A stretch of DNA of 64,000 nucleotides from positions 62,001 to 126,000 of the forward strand of contig NMRA01000099.1 of the NCBI GenBank assembly GCA_002633005.1. Reading direction: 5' to 3'. The stretch comes from Phoronis australis (Eukaryota > Animalia > Phoronida). The first letter of the stretch is position 1, and every line of letters starts with the position of its first letter. The notes below the pieces were generated by a model. That model was not told the DNA's origin. It saw only the letters and a list, made by a program, of their open reading frames with translations, and did no database searches. Below are positions 1-11,688 of this stretch, in pieces. The translations under genes and the position numbers were made by a program.

Positions 1-1885
1 CTGTAACATAGTTACCCCCAGAGAGAACCTCATCTTGATGTTGTCAAATTAGCCCTGTAACATTCCTTTTACCACTTCTGTCACATGGTACCTGTCTAGC
101 GTCAACATGACCACCTTGTGTGGCATGAACTATAAGCATTTGCCACATCAAGCCATAGTACAACCAGATTCCCTTTCCTTTCCTTAGCCTCCTTGATGAT
201 CTGGGTAACCACACTTGTATGCTCCATACATCCCGAGACCCCTGGAACGCCTCCTTTCTGCACTGTTATGTCGATATACTTGTTCGCCATCATAAACTCT
301 GCCTTTCTCCTCGCTTCTATCGCCAAAAAGATCTTTCCTTCAACATTCAGCAAAGATATTGTCCTGACGTCGTGCAGACCTTTCGCCTTGTCTTCCTTTG
401 GAATAAAACATCCTTCTGCTTGGTGAAAACTTTCAGCTTACCTACCTCTTCTCCACAAAAATCTAAGCAGCTTCCACATAATCTTGGCTAATCTTGGACA
501 GCTCTTGTACACTTTATATGGCACTCCGTCTGGTCCTGGTGCTGACGATGATCTTGCCTTCTTTATTATTTGCATAACCTCATGAAATCTTGGTTGGCTC
601 ATGTCGAATTCTACAGTTAGTTCGTCCGGGTTAAATAATGGAGCAAATTCTCCAAGGTCGTCGTTCCTCTTGCTGTCACTGTAATTCTCCTTCAAAAACT
701 TCTCCACTTCTTCTTTCTCACACTCCAAACTGCCTGATTTCTTCTTCCCAAGTAGTTTTGCCACGAACTGTTACGGATTTGCTGTAAATTGTGTCCGTTT
801 CCTGGCTCCTTTTTTCCGACGTCACCGTGTCCTCTCGGCTCTTCGTAGGGTCTTCAGTCTCTCGCTTTGCAGTTAAGCCCTCCTTTTTATTCTCCTCTGC
901 TATACAGAACCTTCTGATCAGCCTACGAAAATCTTGCCTAATATTCATGGTCTCTGTCTCTCTCCTGTTTTTCTTGCCTTGACTCAGTGAATGCGTTCTG
1001 TTTTCTTTTAATCCAAAGCGGTCTGCTCCCATTGTGTAGACAAAGTTCGTCATACCTTGTCAACTTCTTATCAACATCCCCTGCTGATATGGTGTTAATC
1101 ACGGTGCTCACGTCTTCTTCGAATTCTTGCCACGCTCTTCTACTGTTGCTGGGTGGCCATTTAACTCTTCTCCTCCTTTCTTCTTGGCTTCTATTCTCCT
1201 CAACTTCTGCTGTTCTACCTTCAGATGCTGCATCTTTTCTGCTCCCATCGTCGCCTTCCTCTGTCATATGGAGGCTATGGTCGCTGTGGTTTGCATCCTG
1301 AACCACATCCTCCTCCGTCTGACCAGATTCCTCTGTGCGTTGTGACATTGTCGGCCCTGCGCGGCAACCCATCTTGCCTTGGTGATTCCTCAACCCCCTA
1401 TAGTTCTTGCAAACTTCCCCGCACATACAGCTCATTGGGTTGTTCGACGCTCTTTGTTCACCAGTAGCTTCTGTGTTCAGTCTGACAATCCTTCTCACTT
1501 CTCTCGTCCACGGTGTTGACGCCGTTGAGCTCAGACATGATCCACGTGTCACTCTTAGAGCTGTATACGTGTTCTGTCTCGTTGTCCGTGTTTGATCCTG
1601 TGTCGATTCCGTCTAATTCTTCCGTTGGGTCGCTCATCCTCCCCCATTCACGAGCGGCACATGGGGGTATTTCTTAAAGTATCTGTCTATAGCGATCATA
1701 AACAGGTTCCCCCCGCGGGAGATATGCTTCGGCCTCCCAAGCCTTCACATCTTGAGATGCTGGTCTCTCCCAGCTGCTTCCTGTCTCTCTAGGTTGTCAA
1801 TTTGCTGTTCCCAGTCGTCAGCCAGTCTTTCCTAGCAGTCACGGTCTCCAGAACGAAATTACCTTTAAACGCTCTGATGTAATTG
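1..1885 (-). mobile_element. Degenerate HERO-clade (RLE-type) non-LTR retrotransposon: 5' UTR, N-terminal zinc finger and start of the RT domain; runs off the window start
   Basis: Frameshifted minus-strand ORF pieces: CMCGEVCKNYRGLRNHQGKMGC (zinc finger), RRRVKWPPSNSRRAWQEFEEDV, KARSSSAPGPDGVPYKVYKSCPRL and QKGGVPGVSGCMEHTSVVTQIIKEAKERKGNLVVLWLDVANAY (RT motifs typical of HERO/NeSL-like elements). Lies antisense, upstream of the monooxygenase exon at 2338, so presumably in an intron. Confidence 0.9.
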
Positions 1886-2210
1886 GCGCCAGTCTTGTCT
1901 TCAGGTGGATAGTCTCCGTCCTCAGCCGTTTCGGCGCTGTCCATAACGACCTCTGGAGGTGAGCCAACCGAGTTGATCAGGCTCGGTCCAGGACTGTATG
2001 GCTCGTCTCGTCTCTCCTACAACTTCACTGGTGCAGCATCAGGAGCCTGCCTACTTCCCCTAGACTTTTGCACCACTGTTCCCTCCTCTTCTTCCTTATC
2101 CACTATGATGCCCTCTCCGCTCGCTCGTTTATAACACTAATGGCCTTCTTCTTTTCTTTTCCTTTCCTGTCACCCCTAATGCACGAAATGCCCTCCATAC
2201 TGACTGCGTG
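1886..2210 (-). mobile_element. 5'-truncated HERO 3' end (ORF C-terminus plus 3' UTR) directly upstream of the 5' UTR of the element above
   Basis: Minus-strand translation QSVWRAFRALGVTGKEK[fs]KKAISVINERAERAS*WIRKKRREQW resembles the HERO C-terminus (LGITG..AERASRWLW). It is followed by a stem-loop-rich UTR. Confidence 0.75.
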
Positions 2211-2337
2211 CTCTCTTAGTCACATTGAACACTTACGAAAAAGATGTTCATACTTGAATGACTCAAAATGTAAATTGATGGAGTTAATTGAGACTACTGC
2301 AAAGACCTGAGTGAAGTATTTGCTCTATCAATTGCAG

Positions 2338-2586
2338 GGCCTGGCATCTGAACCTGACGGCATCAAGATATTTGCAGGAGCTTTGCACTCGCATTTGCTG
2401 GGAAGGAAGATGCGTTTGCGTCATATTCGCAACGGCATTGAACAGGAGCCCATGTTTGCAGACAACAATTACGACTTCAACTATCAAGAAATGGTTGTTA
2501 GGAAGAAAGAGAAAGTTGTTTTGCCGGGTGACGAATTTCAGATGGAATGTGAACTCTCGTCCTCTAAGAAGAGTTCGTTTACATAT
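2338..2586 (+). CDS. MOXD1: MOXD1/DBH-like copper type II monooxygenase, internal exon (Cu2_monoox_C; upstream exons outside window)
   Basis: ttgcag|GGC...TAT|gtgagt; GIKIFAGALHSHLLGRKMRLRHIRNGIEQEPMFADNNYDFNYQE...VLPGDEFQMEC contains the CuM HxH motif and YDFNYQE. Confidence 0.92.
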
Positions 2587-3325
2587 GTGAGTACTTGGGA
2601 AAAAACGCTATTACCAGCAACGTCTATCTCCCGCTGGCAATGAGTGGGTGTAATATAATTTTGCTCTTTCGAAATTAGCTGGCTACATCAATATTTTAAC
2701 CAGGCTTCCAGTGTTCTGAACTTTGCTGTTCATCAAATCTAAAAGAAAGGTGAAATAGGTTGAACTAATTCTCACTAACAGTCACATCACGAGCCCAAAA
2801 CAGGATATTTTTTATTGAACATGACCCCACCGGCTAGTTTTTAACCTCAGAAATAACCGGTCTAGACATTGAGCACGGTAAACATGATTGAATGTTATAA
2901 AAAGGAACAGGAGCTGTTAAATTTGTTCCGACTTAACACAAAGCTTTTACAAAATTGCTCTGTTTGGCGTAATAAAAGTTTTCACTTCTGAGTAGTCTGT
3001 TTGCGAAAAGCCTTACCTATAATTCCTCCTTGCTCTCCCGTTACGCATTCACATGTTTGCACTTTGTTTTCGTTTCTCAGTAATTGTTTTTAATATTACT
3101 CCGATCATGCGCGTTCCATTGTTACGGGTTTCTTGTTTACGGTGAGCTATATCCGCCCCGATATTCGCTGTTTTTTCTCTCTTTGTCACGTTACTACGAT
3201 TCCTTATTCACCTGTTCATTATATATTTTCGATCTTTTCTGCTTTTGTTTTCTCCTAAGTTACACAGAATTCCATCAGTTCGTGTCAGTCATCGGAAATC
3301 CATGCATATCGTTTTTGCATTACAG

Positions 3326-3465
3326 GGCGGCTTGGCTACTACCGACGAGATGTGTCTGGCTTTTGTACTTTACTATCCTCGTGTCAATCTGACCAAGTGC
3401 CTCAGTACTCCGTATAACTTCTCACTATTTTTTCAAGGAAAAGGTTTCGATGAAACATATGACGA
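3326..3465 (+). CDS. MOXD1: MOXD1/DBH-like monooxygenase exon (CuM Met ligand)
   Basis: ttacag|GGC...GA|gtaagt; GGLATTDEMCLAFVLYYPR is the conserved EMC...YYP motif. Phase compatible with both neighbours. Confidence 0.92.
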
Positions 3466-3825
3466 GTAAGTGTAATACTTTACTCGTAAAAATCTCGGGA
3501 ACTGGCAGTTCTCTGTTGTTGGAGCCTAATCTTCGTGCATGAAATGACGCGCCGGGTCAATACAACTTCCTCTGTTTGTGCAGAGTCATGTAGCACCTTT
3601 GCTTTATTCAATATTCACCTTAAAAACATGCAACATTAAATATAAAGGTTAACACAACCTTGCACCATGTGCTGTTAACTAAATGCTTTCTAATTCCATA
3701 TTTGCTGCTTAAACCTGAAAATCGTGAAAACAAGAGACAAGCTAATTACACCTATCAAACTAAGTTTAAAGTCTCGTTGCCATCACAGAAACGCTTTTAG
3801 GTGGTTTTAAAGTGGCATAGAACTC

Positions 3826-4300
3826 GAAAACAGACTACACTGAATTACTCAATGTCGGTCTCAGCCATTGAAAACAGAAGTCAAACTGTTCACCAGGTAT
3901 TTTTACGATTTCGTCGTAAACATTTTCATTTTTGTCTATTTAAAAGCATTTTTCCTTTACTTTCAAATTTCAAGAAATACGATCTATCAACTGCTCTTGC
4001 TTCGGTCCAGTTTTCTCCCACAGGGCAAAGTACGTCTCCTTATTTTGTACGGCAAGACTTAGACGTAGCACTTTTCTCTTATATGGAAATTTGGTCTTTG
4101 TCCTTTGATGTAAACAAAACAATGGCGGCTATGCACTTGGCAAATGTCTAGCGGGTAATTCTTTGAGCCCATGCTCGCGTATAATATTATTAGGGGCGGA
4201 GACTTTGAAAACTGTATTGGGACAAAAGAGTTTTTTCGTCTGTGTCTCAAAGTAGTAAATCTGACGATTCGTTCTAGAATTTCTTGCATATTCAAAGCAA
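3826..4300. mobile_element. Degenerate Kolobok-like non-autonomous element (intronic), inverted homologue of 9258-9792; right end uncertain
   Basis: Starts TTAAAGTGGC; colinear similarity to the reverse complement of 9258-9792 (e.g. aaacagacta..., ttttgtacggcaagacttagacgtagcac). Confidence 0.55.
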
Positions 4301-4643
4301 ATAATCCACGTTAGCATCTTCAAGTAGTCTATTAAACTCCATCTGTTTAGATGGTATTTTTACAAGTTTAAGCGTTGCAGTTCTCTTTGGGAGATAACCT
4401 GCGTTTGATTTCAAACACAGGTTTTCTCCTAAAGCTGACGAAAACTGAAAGATCTGGATAGCTTGTTTTGCATGTTTTTGTGACAACAAATGAAAAATTC
4501 AGTCATGGCAACGAAGATTTCGAGACTAGTTTATAACCGCCAGTGGTCAATCTTGGGACAGCAGTACAGATGTTAATACACCGCACACAGTTTGCGTGAA
4601 TGTTTATATACGTTTTATTTTACTATTTAATGTTGTCTTTCAG

Positions 4644-4812
4644 AGAAAAGCGTCAAATGGTGATCACTAGTGGCGAGTACAAGGGGTTGACTGAGTATGA
4701 GGCGTTGACCAAGATGACGTGGGATGTCATGAATGCTAAAGAACTCGAAACGGCGATGAAGAACAGTCCTTATCATGTACAGTGCAGAGCAAACGGTGAA
4801 CAAAGGCTCTCG
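4644..4812 (+). CDS. MOXD1: MOXD1/DBH-like monooxygenase exon
   Basis: tttcag|A...TCG|gtaggt; the phase-2 entry completes the codon from the previous exon; open frame EKRQMVITSGEYKG...SPYHVQCRANGEQRLS. Confidence 0.78.
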
Positions 4813-5189
4813 GTAGGTTTTGATTTGGCACCTTCGGAGAAGGGAATGTTGCTGAAAGTACGCATTTGCTGAATGATCAACTTTCAAGTAAGATTCAATA
4901 AGAGTGGGGTGGTTCGTTTAGGCAAAAATAACACGTACGAGATCAAATACGAACACAGTGTAACCATATAAAGTAAGAAGTATTAACTTCACTTATATTA
5001 AGACTCGTTTTTATATTAATGAATATGACAAACATTAACTTATGATCGAGTACTGCTTTCCTTTGTCCCCGTTGTAATTTTTAATTCGTTGACGTTTCTG
5101 AAGAGAGGCGGAAATGTTCTCATTCTGGATAATCGCTTCGGTAAAGACACAGACAGGCTCACTTCATTGTAAAACACTGTACATTTCAG

Positions 5190-5366
5190 GCTTCAAATCG
5201 TCCGCGCGGTACGTACAACAACGGCTTGACAATTAACAAAGTCTTCCCAGAATCTCCAAGACAATGTCCAGGCCAAGAAGTCACGACGCCGGTCAATGGG
5301 TCACCTTCCGCCTACTTGAATGTGTCTCTTTTGATTTCTTTGTTAATTCTGTTTTCTGTAGAGTAA
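5190..5366 (+). CDS. MOXD1: MOXD1/DBH-like monooxygenase terminal exon with hydrophobic C-terminal (GPI/TM) tail
   Basis: tttcag|GCT; ASNRPRG...QCPGQEVTTPVNGSPSAYLNVSLLISLLILFSVE* with TAA at 5364-5366. Confidence 0.78.
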   Translation, partial: ASNRPRGTYNNGLTINKVFPESPRQCPGQEVTTPVNGSPSAYLNVSLLISLLILFSVE

Positions 5367-6069
5367 CTGTCTATTCGAACACAGGGGTCATATCGTGAGA
5401 ACTACCTCTGAAATGTAATGTGAAGGAACTGGGCTCGCGATGGGTAACCACGCTGTGAAACAGTTAGTGATTGGCCTTGAATTAAGTGTGAGTTTTGACT
5501 TAAAGTGGGGAGATACAGTTTATTAAAAACCTGTCTGTTTGCTTTGCATCATTTTTTCGGACATTTCTGCCTGTTCACAAAATTGTTGAAAATCTCCAAA
5601 TATTCTTGCACCATTTGCTTCCTAGATTTTCCCCGAAATGGCCTTGTGTTTATTTTGAGCTTACAACGGAAACAATACCTTGCTAGTTATACAGTGTGTA
5701 AGGAGTCGCTTCAATACATTAATCCTGCAAAATAGTTTTGCTATAAAGTAACTAAACGAACTTGCAGTGACATTTTCAGCCGATTTCATAAAGGTGGTTT
5801 AACAAAACCAGGTTTAAGACTTAAACCTGATCTTCCTAAACCTGGTCTAATTTTAGACCTAACTTGCATTTCACCAACCTGGTTTAAAAGTCTGAAAGTC
5901 TGGTTTTGTTAGACCAGGGAGCGGGTTTAGTGAAATCAGATTAAAAGTATCCAAGCCATCCTACTACGTTGATCCGGATTAACCCAACAAAGAAACTATT
6001 GAGGTGCTGTGAAATCTTGATCATGTGGTTATACAATGGCACACAATAGTAGAATCAGTGTAGACATTT

Positions 6070-6320
6070 GCGAGAAAATTCTAAAAACTTTTCTCATGAG
6101 GAAAAATGTTCCTTCCCGGAACTGATCAGAGAAATAGCCAATATTATTGAGAACAAGAAAACTGGTGGCAAATCAAGCCAACGTAAGCATCAGATTTGGT
6201 GATACATGTATTGGTCCAGACTGGCTGCACAGTTCCCACAATCGGAGAAATGCAGCGACAAACAGTTAAAGGGCATTACTAAAAAATGAAGGCCAGAAAG
6301 AAAATTTCATAATTGAAAAA
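6070..6320 (+). pseudogene. Decayed Myb/SANT-like (Myb_DNA-bind_5 type) accessory gene of a Harbinger element
   Basis: RENSKNFSHEEKCSFPELIREIANIIENKKTGGKSSQRKHQIW* ... DKQLKG resembles the RxxNFSxEEKxxLxELIxxxxxIIENKKT..W pattern; stops and frameshifts present. Confidence 0.65.
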
Positions 6321-6645
6321 TTGCAAAGAAAAACGGCGAGAGTCCCAGTGGCAGATACAGGACATCATGAGGGGACATTTTTCATTGTGTAATGTTTGTG
6401 TCCAACACACGTACACGCATTAAAGTACGTGCTCACGATTAGCCGCAACATAATAAATGCCCAAATTTATTTCCGTGTCATTTTAGTGTTTATTTCTTGC
6501 GGCCAATGGGGGGGGGCAGAACACCTGCGCGGCAACTTTAAATCGGAGACAATTGGAGGTGGTACTCAGTCAGAGGAATTAGAAGATGTCGCCCAGCTCA
6601 ACCAGTCGTATTTCGAAGGACACCGTGCAATACGGATAGGTGTAC

Positions 6646-6802
6646 ACATAAGCGGATCCAGGTGTCAAGGGGTCCGGACCCCTTTTTCCTTGCTTTTAGT
6701 GTTATCAAATCTTCAATTTTCATATTTTTGACTTGAACCCTCCTTTTAAAAAAACTCCTTGATCCGAACTCTTCCCTTTAAAATATCTGGATCCGTCCCT
6801 GC
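6646..6802. mobile_element. Short MITE of the (A)GCGGATCC...GGATCCGCCCCTG family; other copies or ends at ~7880, 13075-13347, 15992-16152, ~21850 and ~27270
   Basis: Recurrent inverted termini gcggatccag/ctggatccg and G/C-run interiors. This copy is nested in the Harbinger element. Confidence 0.65.
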
Positions 6803-8124
6803 TTCGCTTGGTCTTGTGTCGTTGTAAAACCGAAAGTTGAAAATGGTCCATTCTCTAAAACTGCGTTGTAAGTGCACATCGTGGCATCATTCATTTGCAC
6901 CTATATCGTGCAAGTCTTCCAAATTTAACAATATTAAATCTGGGTCTGACCAAGTCTAAAGTTAAACCTGGTTTCATCTTAATACAGGTCTAAGGAATAC
7001 AGACCTAGTTGGTGAAATGAAAACCGACTTTGATCAGGAATTAAGCCAGGTTTTACTAGACCACTGATCTAAAAGTTAAATCACCTTTATGGAAAGCCGA
7101 TTATCTTTAAACCTGCTCTAAGTCCAGTTTTAACCAGGTTTAACTTAAAACCACCCTTATGAAATCGACTGTTTAAGTCTGGTTTGCACGCCATCTGTTA
7201 GGTCACTAGCAATGTCAACTGAATTTGCAGTGCGTAATTAACTTAATTATGACTAAAACCTTTTTATTCGGTATGTCGAGTTCCATGTACCTCGAGACAA
7301 ACTAGGTCAAAGGTGGAGTCAGCAGAAGTTGGTCAACAGTTCTTTGTCATACATGCCACTCGCCGGGTAGACTTATATCACGAAACCAACTACGGAATGG
7401 ACAATAGAAATTAAGTCGGTGGTTAAAGACCGCCGTGAGCACGAGATCGAAAGTGGGAAACATCAAAGTGCCCATGAAATGAATGAATTTGGGTGAGAAT
7501 TTATCTTTTTACACAACTTGCTGTGTTCGTGAACACAAAGTCCCAAGACCGTCGCCTTGAGTCGACTCGGACTATGTGCATCCGTTTTCAATGGTCGTAT
7601 GCACGCAGACTCACAATCCCCCAGGATCAAAAATTAGATAAGCGCCAATACATTTTGCGTTAATGTCCGAGATCAAAAAATGTCTGAGGGACGACAAAAG
7701 TGGTTAGAAAGAGCGAATATGCATTCGCTAGAGGGGATGACATGCGCGAGAGAAAAAATTTGAGCGCGGGAGCGTCCTAACTGCACGCGGTCAGAGAAGT
7801 TTAGATGCCTTGCGTATGCGTCAACTTAAAACTTTAGGTTCACTCAACCAATCTTGAGATTAAGAAGAGGTTAATAAGCCAGTGGCGGATCTAGGATATC
7901 ACAAGGGGGGCCCAACATTTTGTCCAGCTGTAAGCATTTGCGCAAATCACGATTGTAGATGCGCATAGCACCGAATGGGGGGAGGTCTAACCCCCTCCCG
8001 CCCAAGAAATTTTTCTCTGTTTTTTCCGCTAAAAATCAAGCATTTTCCTTGATTTCTGATGTATTATCCAAGAAAAAAGGCAAAAAAAAAACACGGAGAA
8101 TGTGTCACACAGGAAAAACTACAA

Positions 8125-8190
8125 GTTGCTCAGACTCGAGCTCACGACCTGACTGCTAGGACGCGCGTGCTTTACCACTACACCACCACG
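8125..8190 (-). repeat. tRNA-derived SINE-like head
   Basis: Reverse complement ggtggtgtagtggtaaagcacg...ggtcgtgagctcgagtc has A-box-like and degenerate B-box-like motifs; not a complete cloverleaf. Confidence 0.45.
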
Positions 8191-8324
8191 ATTTCACTAA
8201 TAATCTGAGACTAAGAGACCTACTTGTTTATGGTCCACAGCGTTTGCGCGCGAAACCTACTTCTTTTTGTAATGTTTATTACACGTTTTATATTTTGTGC
8301 AATCGGTTCTTAACAAATTTGTTG

Positions 8325-8579
8325 NNNNNNNNNNNNNNNNNNNNNNNNNNNNNNNNNNNNNNNNNNNNNNNNNNNNNNNNNNNNNNNNNNNNNNNNNNNN
8401 NNNNNNNNNNNNNNNNNNNNNNNNNNNNNNNNNNNNNNNNNNNNNNNNNNNNNNNNNNNNNNNNNNNNNNNNNNNNNNNNNNNNNNNNNNNNNNNNNNNN
8501 NNNNNNNNNNNNNNNNNNNNNNNNNNNNNNNNNNNNNNNNNNNNNNNNNNNNNNNNNNNNNNNNNNNNNNNNNNNNNNN
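8325..8579. other. Assembly gap (N run)
   Basis: Run of Ns; the ORFs spanning it are artefacts. Confidence 0.99.
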
Positions 8580-9229
8580 CCCCCTCCCCCAAACACTAAA
8601 ACTGCACACATTTAAATCTTTTTTCATCCGTATAATTTTAATTACCGGGGCAAATTAATAAACTCAACATTTCCCTACGCTCTTGCTGTTTTATTTTTTG
8701 CGGCAGCCAAGGGGGGGGGGCAGCCGCACAGAAACCACCACTTCCCTGCCGATACACGACATAAGCCAACAGAAGATTCTGAAATCAACTTTTTTATGTA
8801 TTCCAAAATGAGGTATAAAGGTAATATCGACCAACTAGTGTGTTTGCAATTCTGGCTTGTTTTAGGGCTACCTGAAATCGCAGCCAATTTCTCATGCAAC
8901 AGGGACCGTCATCTTGTAGAAGAGTTCAGCTACAGCCGAGCAAGTGGTCTTACCTTATTTCTAGCCAGTTTGCAAATGCAAGAAAATTGCATACTGAGCC
9001 TAGATGCAACACCTACCTAAGAACTGCCCTCAAGCCTGGCCTACCCCTAGACTTTATTATTATGGGTGTGCAAATTGGCCGCCTAACTGTTCAGTGCCAC
9101 AGAAGCTGGAGTGTTAAATTGTGGAATCAGTTCAACGCAGAGTTTCTGTTCCATAAGAAAACGCTGTTCACCGCAAACAGCTAATGTCTTGTGGTCTACG
9201 GAGGTCAGTCGAGGGGTCTGTTTCACCAT

Positions 9230-10010
9230 GGGCTATCTATGGTTTCATGAAAGTGACTTAAAGAGGCGTGGAACGCAAAAGCTCGTCAAAAATATCTTTT
9301 AAACAATTCTTGGCAAAAGTACCATCTACCAACGTTTAGTACAGAGTAATTTACTTTCCCTTGTGAGGATATCTCATGAAAAAATCACAAAATTCACGAC
9401 TTTTGAAATACGCGCAAAGACAAAACTTTGTGGTTACCACAGTGTTTATAATTTCCCTCCCGCTTATGATAAAAGCAGGCATGTGCTCACAGTCATTTGC
9501 TTGAGGTCGCTTGAGGTCAAAGGTCGCGTTTTCCATATATGGGAATTGTGCTACGTCTATGTCTTGCCATACCAAATAAGGAGACATGTTTTCCCTTGTT
9601 GGAGAAAAATCGACGAAGTGATGAGCAGTTGACATATCGTCTTTGAAATTTGAAACTAAAAGAAAATGCTTTGATATCAACAGAAAAAAACCTTAAAAAT
9701 ATGTGGTTAGCAGGTTGAATTCTGTTTCAGTGGCAGAGAACTACTTCCAATATTGCAATTTAGTCTGTTTATCGTGTTTCAGGCCTCTCTAAGGCTCAAG
9801 TCAGAAATTTGGTGGTACGCGCCACAAAATTATTTTTGAACAGTAATTAAAATGACAATATACGCAAAACTGTTAATTACTGAGATAACTTCTATAAATT
9901 ATTTAAACTCTGTGATACCGTCATGATTACTTGGTGACACCTTTTACAGCAATTGTGAAGTGCAACCAAATTTCGTAAGTCTGAAGTCACTTCCATGAAA
10001 TAGGTACCCA
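9230..10010. mobile_element. Small TIR MITE interrupted by the Kolobok-like element
   Basis: The left end ...tttcatgaaagtgactt|aaggctcaagtcagaaatttggt (after removing the insert) matches the reverse complement of the right end accaaatttcgtaagtctgaagtcacttccatgaaa. Confidence 0.6.
9258..9792. mobile_element. Kolobok-like non-autonomous element
   Basis: TTAA-AGAGGCGTGGAAC ... GTTTCAGGCCTCT-CTAA: imperfect TIRs with a TTAA-like target duplication; homologous copy at ~3826. Confidence 0.7.
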
Positions 10011-11220
10011 GTGCAGTAGTAGTTCGTATTGTACTCTAATGTTCACCGGCTACAAGATTAAGTGTTCCGGCGAGATATTTCATAGCACTAATCATAATGA
10101 GAAAAGCACGTCTACCCAATTGGACTGCATTTGAAAGTTTTTTGTGGTGTCAAGATGTGAGCAAATGTTAAGTGTTCAGGTTGACATTTCCGAAAGTCAC
10201 GCTGCCATCCATTTTCATAGCACCACTTTTAAAGTTTTAATATCACATTAGATACTATTGAAGAAAACCAAATGGAAACTATTTCAAAACGTTATGAAGG
10301 TGAATTTTTCATATGAAGCTTATTTTTCCATAGATTCTTGATATTAAACTATGTCGCAGGCACTTTTCCTTTTTCGTTCTCTGTATGTCGTTGATCTGTA
10401 TTGAACGTTCCCAAGTGCACCGTAAAACAATTCCAAACGTTATGCAGTCAGGTAAGTTGGCACAACTAACACTTACCATACAATGTTCCTATTATCTGCG
10501 GCCAAATGTTCAGTGGGCAGCCTCTCGCTTGCCTGACAAACTTCACGGAGTGTCAATTGTGAAAGTATAATGGGGGAAAATGTTCAATTGATTATCTGAT
10601 ATTCAAAGTAAGAATGATGTGATTAGTTAAAAAGTGTGTTCCCTAGATAGACAAATGTTCCAAGTATCAGCTACTCAAAAATACGGCGCGCAGTGAAGTC
10701 AATGGTGAACGGCCATAGTAGAGGCAAGAAAGTAATTCGACGATGTATACGTCTGCATGATCTTTTTGGCTCAAGAAAAATACGGGCAAAGACCACACTT
10801 CAAGAGGCTGATTTGACGTTATCACTGGTCTGGCTCAATGAAAGTCCCTGTTTGCATCCTGTCTCAAGATACCATGACCATTTTCTTTATTTTGGCCCGA
10901 ACTTCCGGTTTTTAGATCACTAAGCTGCGACCATAAGTTGAGAGTTATCTATTAATGACTTAGTAAGTTGTAATACGCGAGAATAAATCAACACCGCAAG
11001 TGGCGTATCATTTATTTCCATGAACCACCGAGACAAGCAGACAATTTAAAATGATGTTTCATAAACCTGAAATGTTTGTAGTCTCGTCTCGTGGTATCTA
11101 AGTGCGAGGTTTTTCTGAGCCTGTCGAAGCCATTAGTTTTGCTACGGTAACTATTGTGGAAGTGGTATACTGTTGCGTTTGTCGGAACTATTAATAACAA
11201 GATGTTTTCTGTAGCCTACA

Positions 11221-11340
11221 TGACGTCACGCGAAAATTGACGAATAACGCATTGGGTGATCGTGTCAACGTCATTACCGTGCCGTCGTTGTGCTCGGGCG
11301 TATAAATTTCTCATATTTTGGCGCAAAGATGAAATCAGTG
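11221..11340 (+). promoter_or_regulatory. Candidate Pol II promoter of the PAN gene: CRE palindrome, TATA box, Inr
   Basis: TGACGTCA 11221-11228, TATAAA 11301-11306, TCAGT 11335-11339, ATG at 11361. Confidence 0.6.
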
Positions 11341-11360
11341 CTCGCTGTGGTAGTAGTATC

Positions 11361-11688
11361 ATGAATACATTTTCAGCTCTGTTGGTTTTACTTGCTGTTA
11401 CTGGACACTTTGTGAATGGGTTAGTCCAGACTGCACTGTTCAGGCGAAATGCTGGATCCCGCGTCATTTTCATAACTCATCAAATCAATTTCACTTCAGC
11501 TTCACGTATGAAATGTGCGTCGTTGTGCTTAGAGTACTCGGAAGATGGCAACTCTTCTTGCCGATACTTCAATTATCATATGCCAGAGGGAATTTGTGAA
11601 ACGGGGAAAGGGTTGCTTGACATGGTTTCTGCCGAGAATTGGTCGACATACAACAGGACCTCTACGGACTCTGGACTGGTGGATACCG
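11361..11688 (+). CDS. Secreted PAN/Apple-domain protein, first exon (3' structure uncertain)
   Basis: Signal peptide MNTFSALLVLLAVTGHFVNG; PAN cysteine pattern KCASLC...CRYFNYHMPEGICETG...NWSTY; phase-1 donor G|gtgagt at 11689 (the unspliced frame stops at 11729). Confidence 0.75.

Larger units (their letters stand above)
5777..7171. mobile_element. PIF/Harbinger-like TIR element, internally deleted
   Basis: TIRs CAGCCGATTTCATAAAGGTGGTTT / AAACCACCCTTATGAAATCGACTG, flanked by ttt/ttt. Many subterminal aaccaggtttaa-type repeats. Carries a Myb/SANT-like relic. Confidence 0.8.

Noticed and set aside
8244-8627. Five ORFs of 100-123 aa
   Set aside because: They span the N gap and are artefacts.
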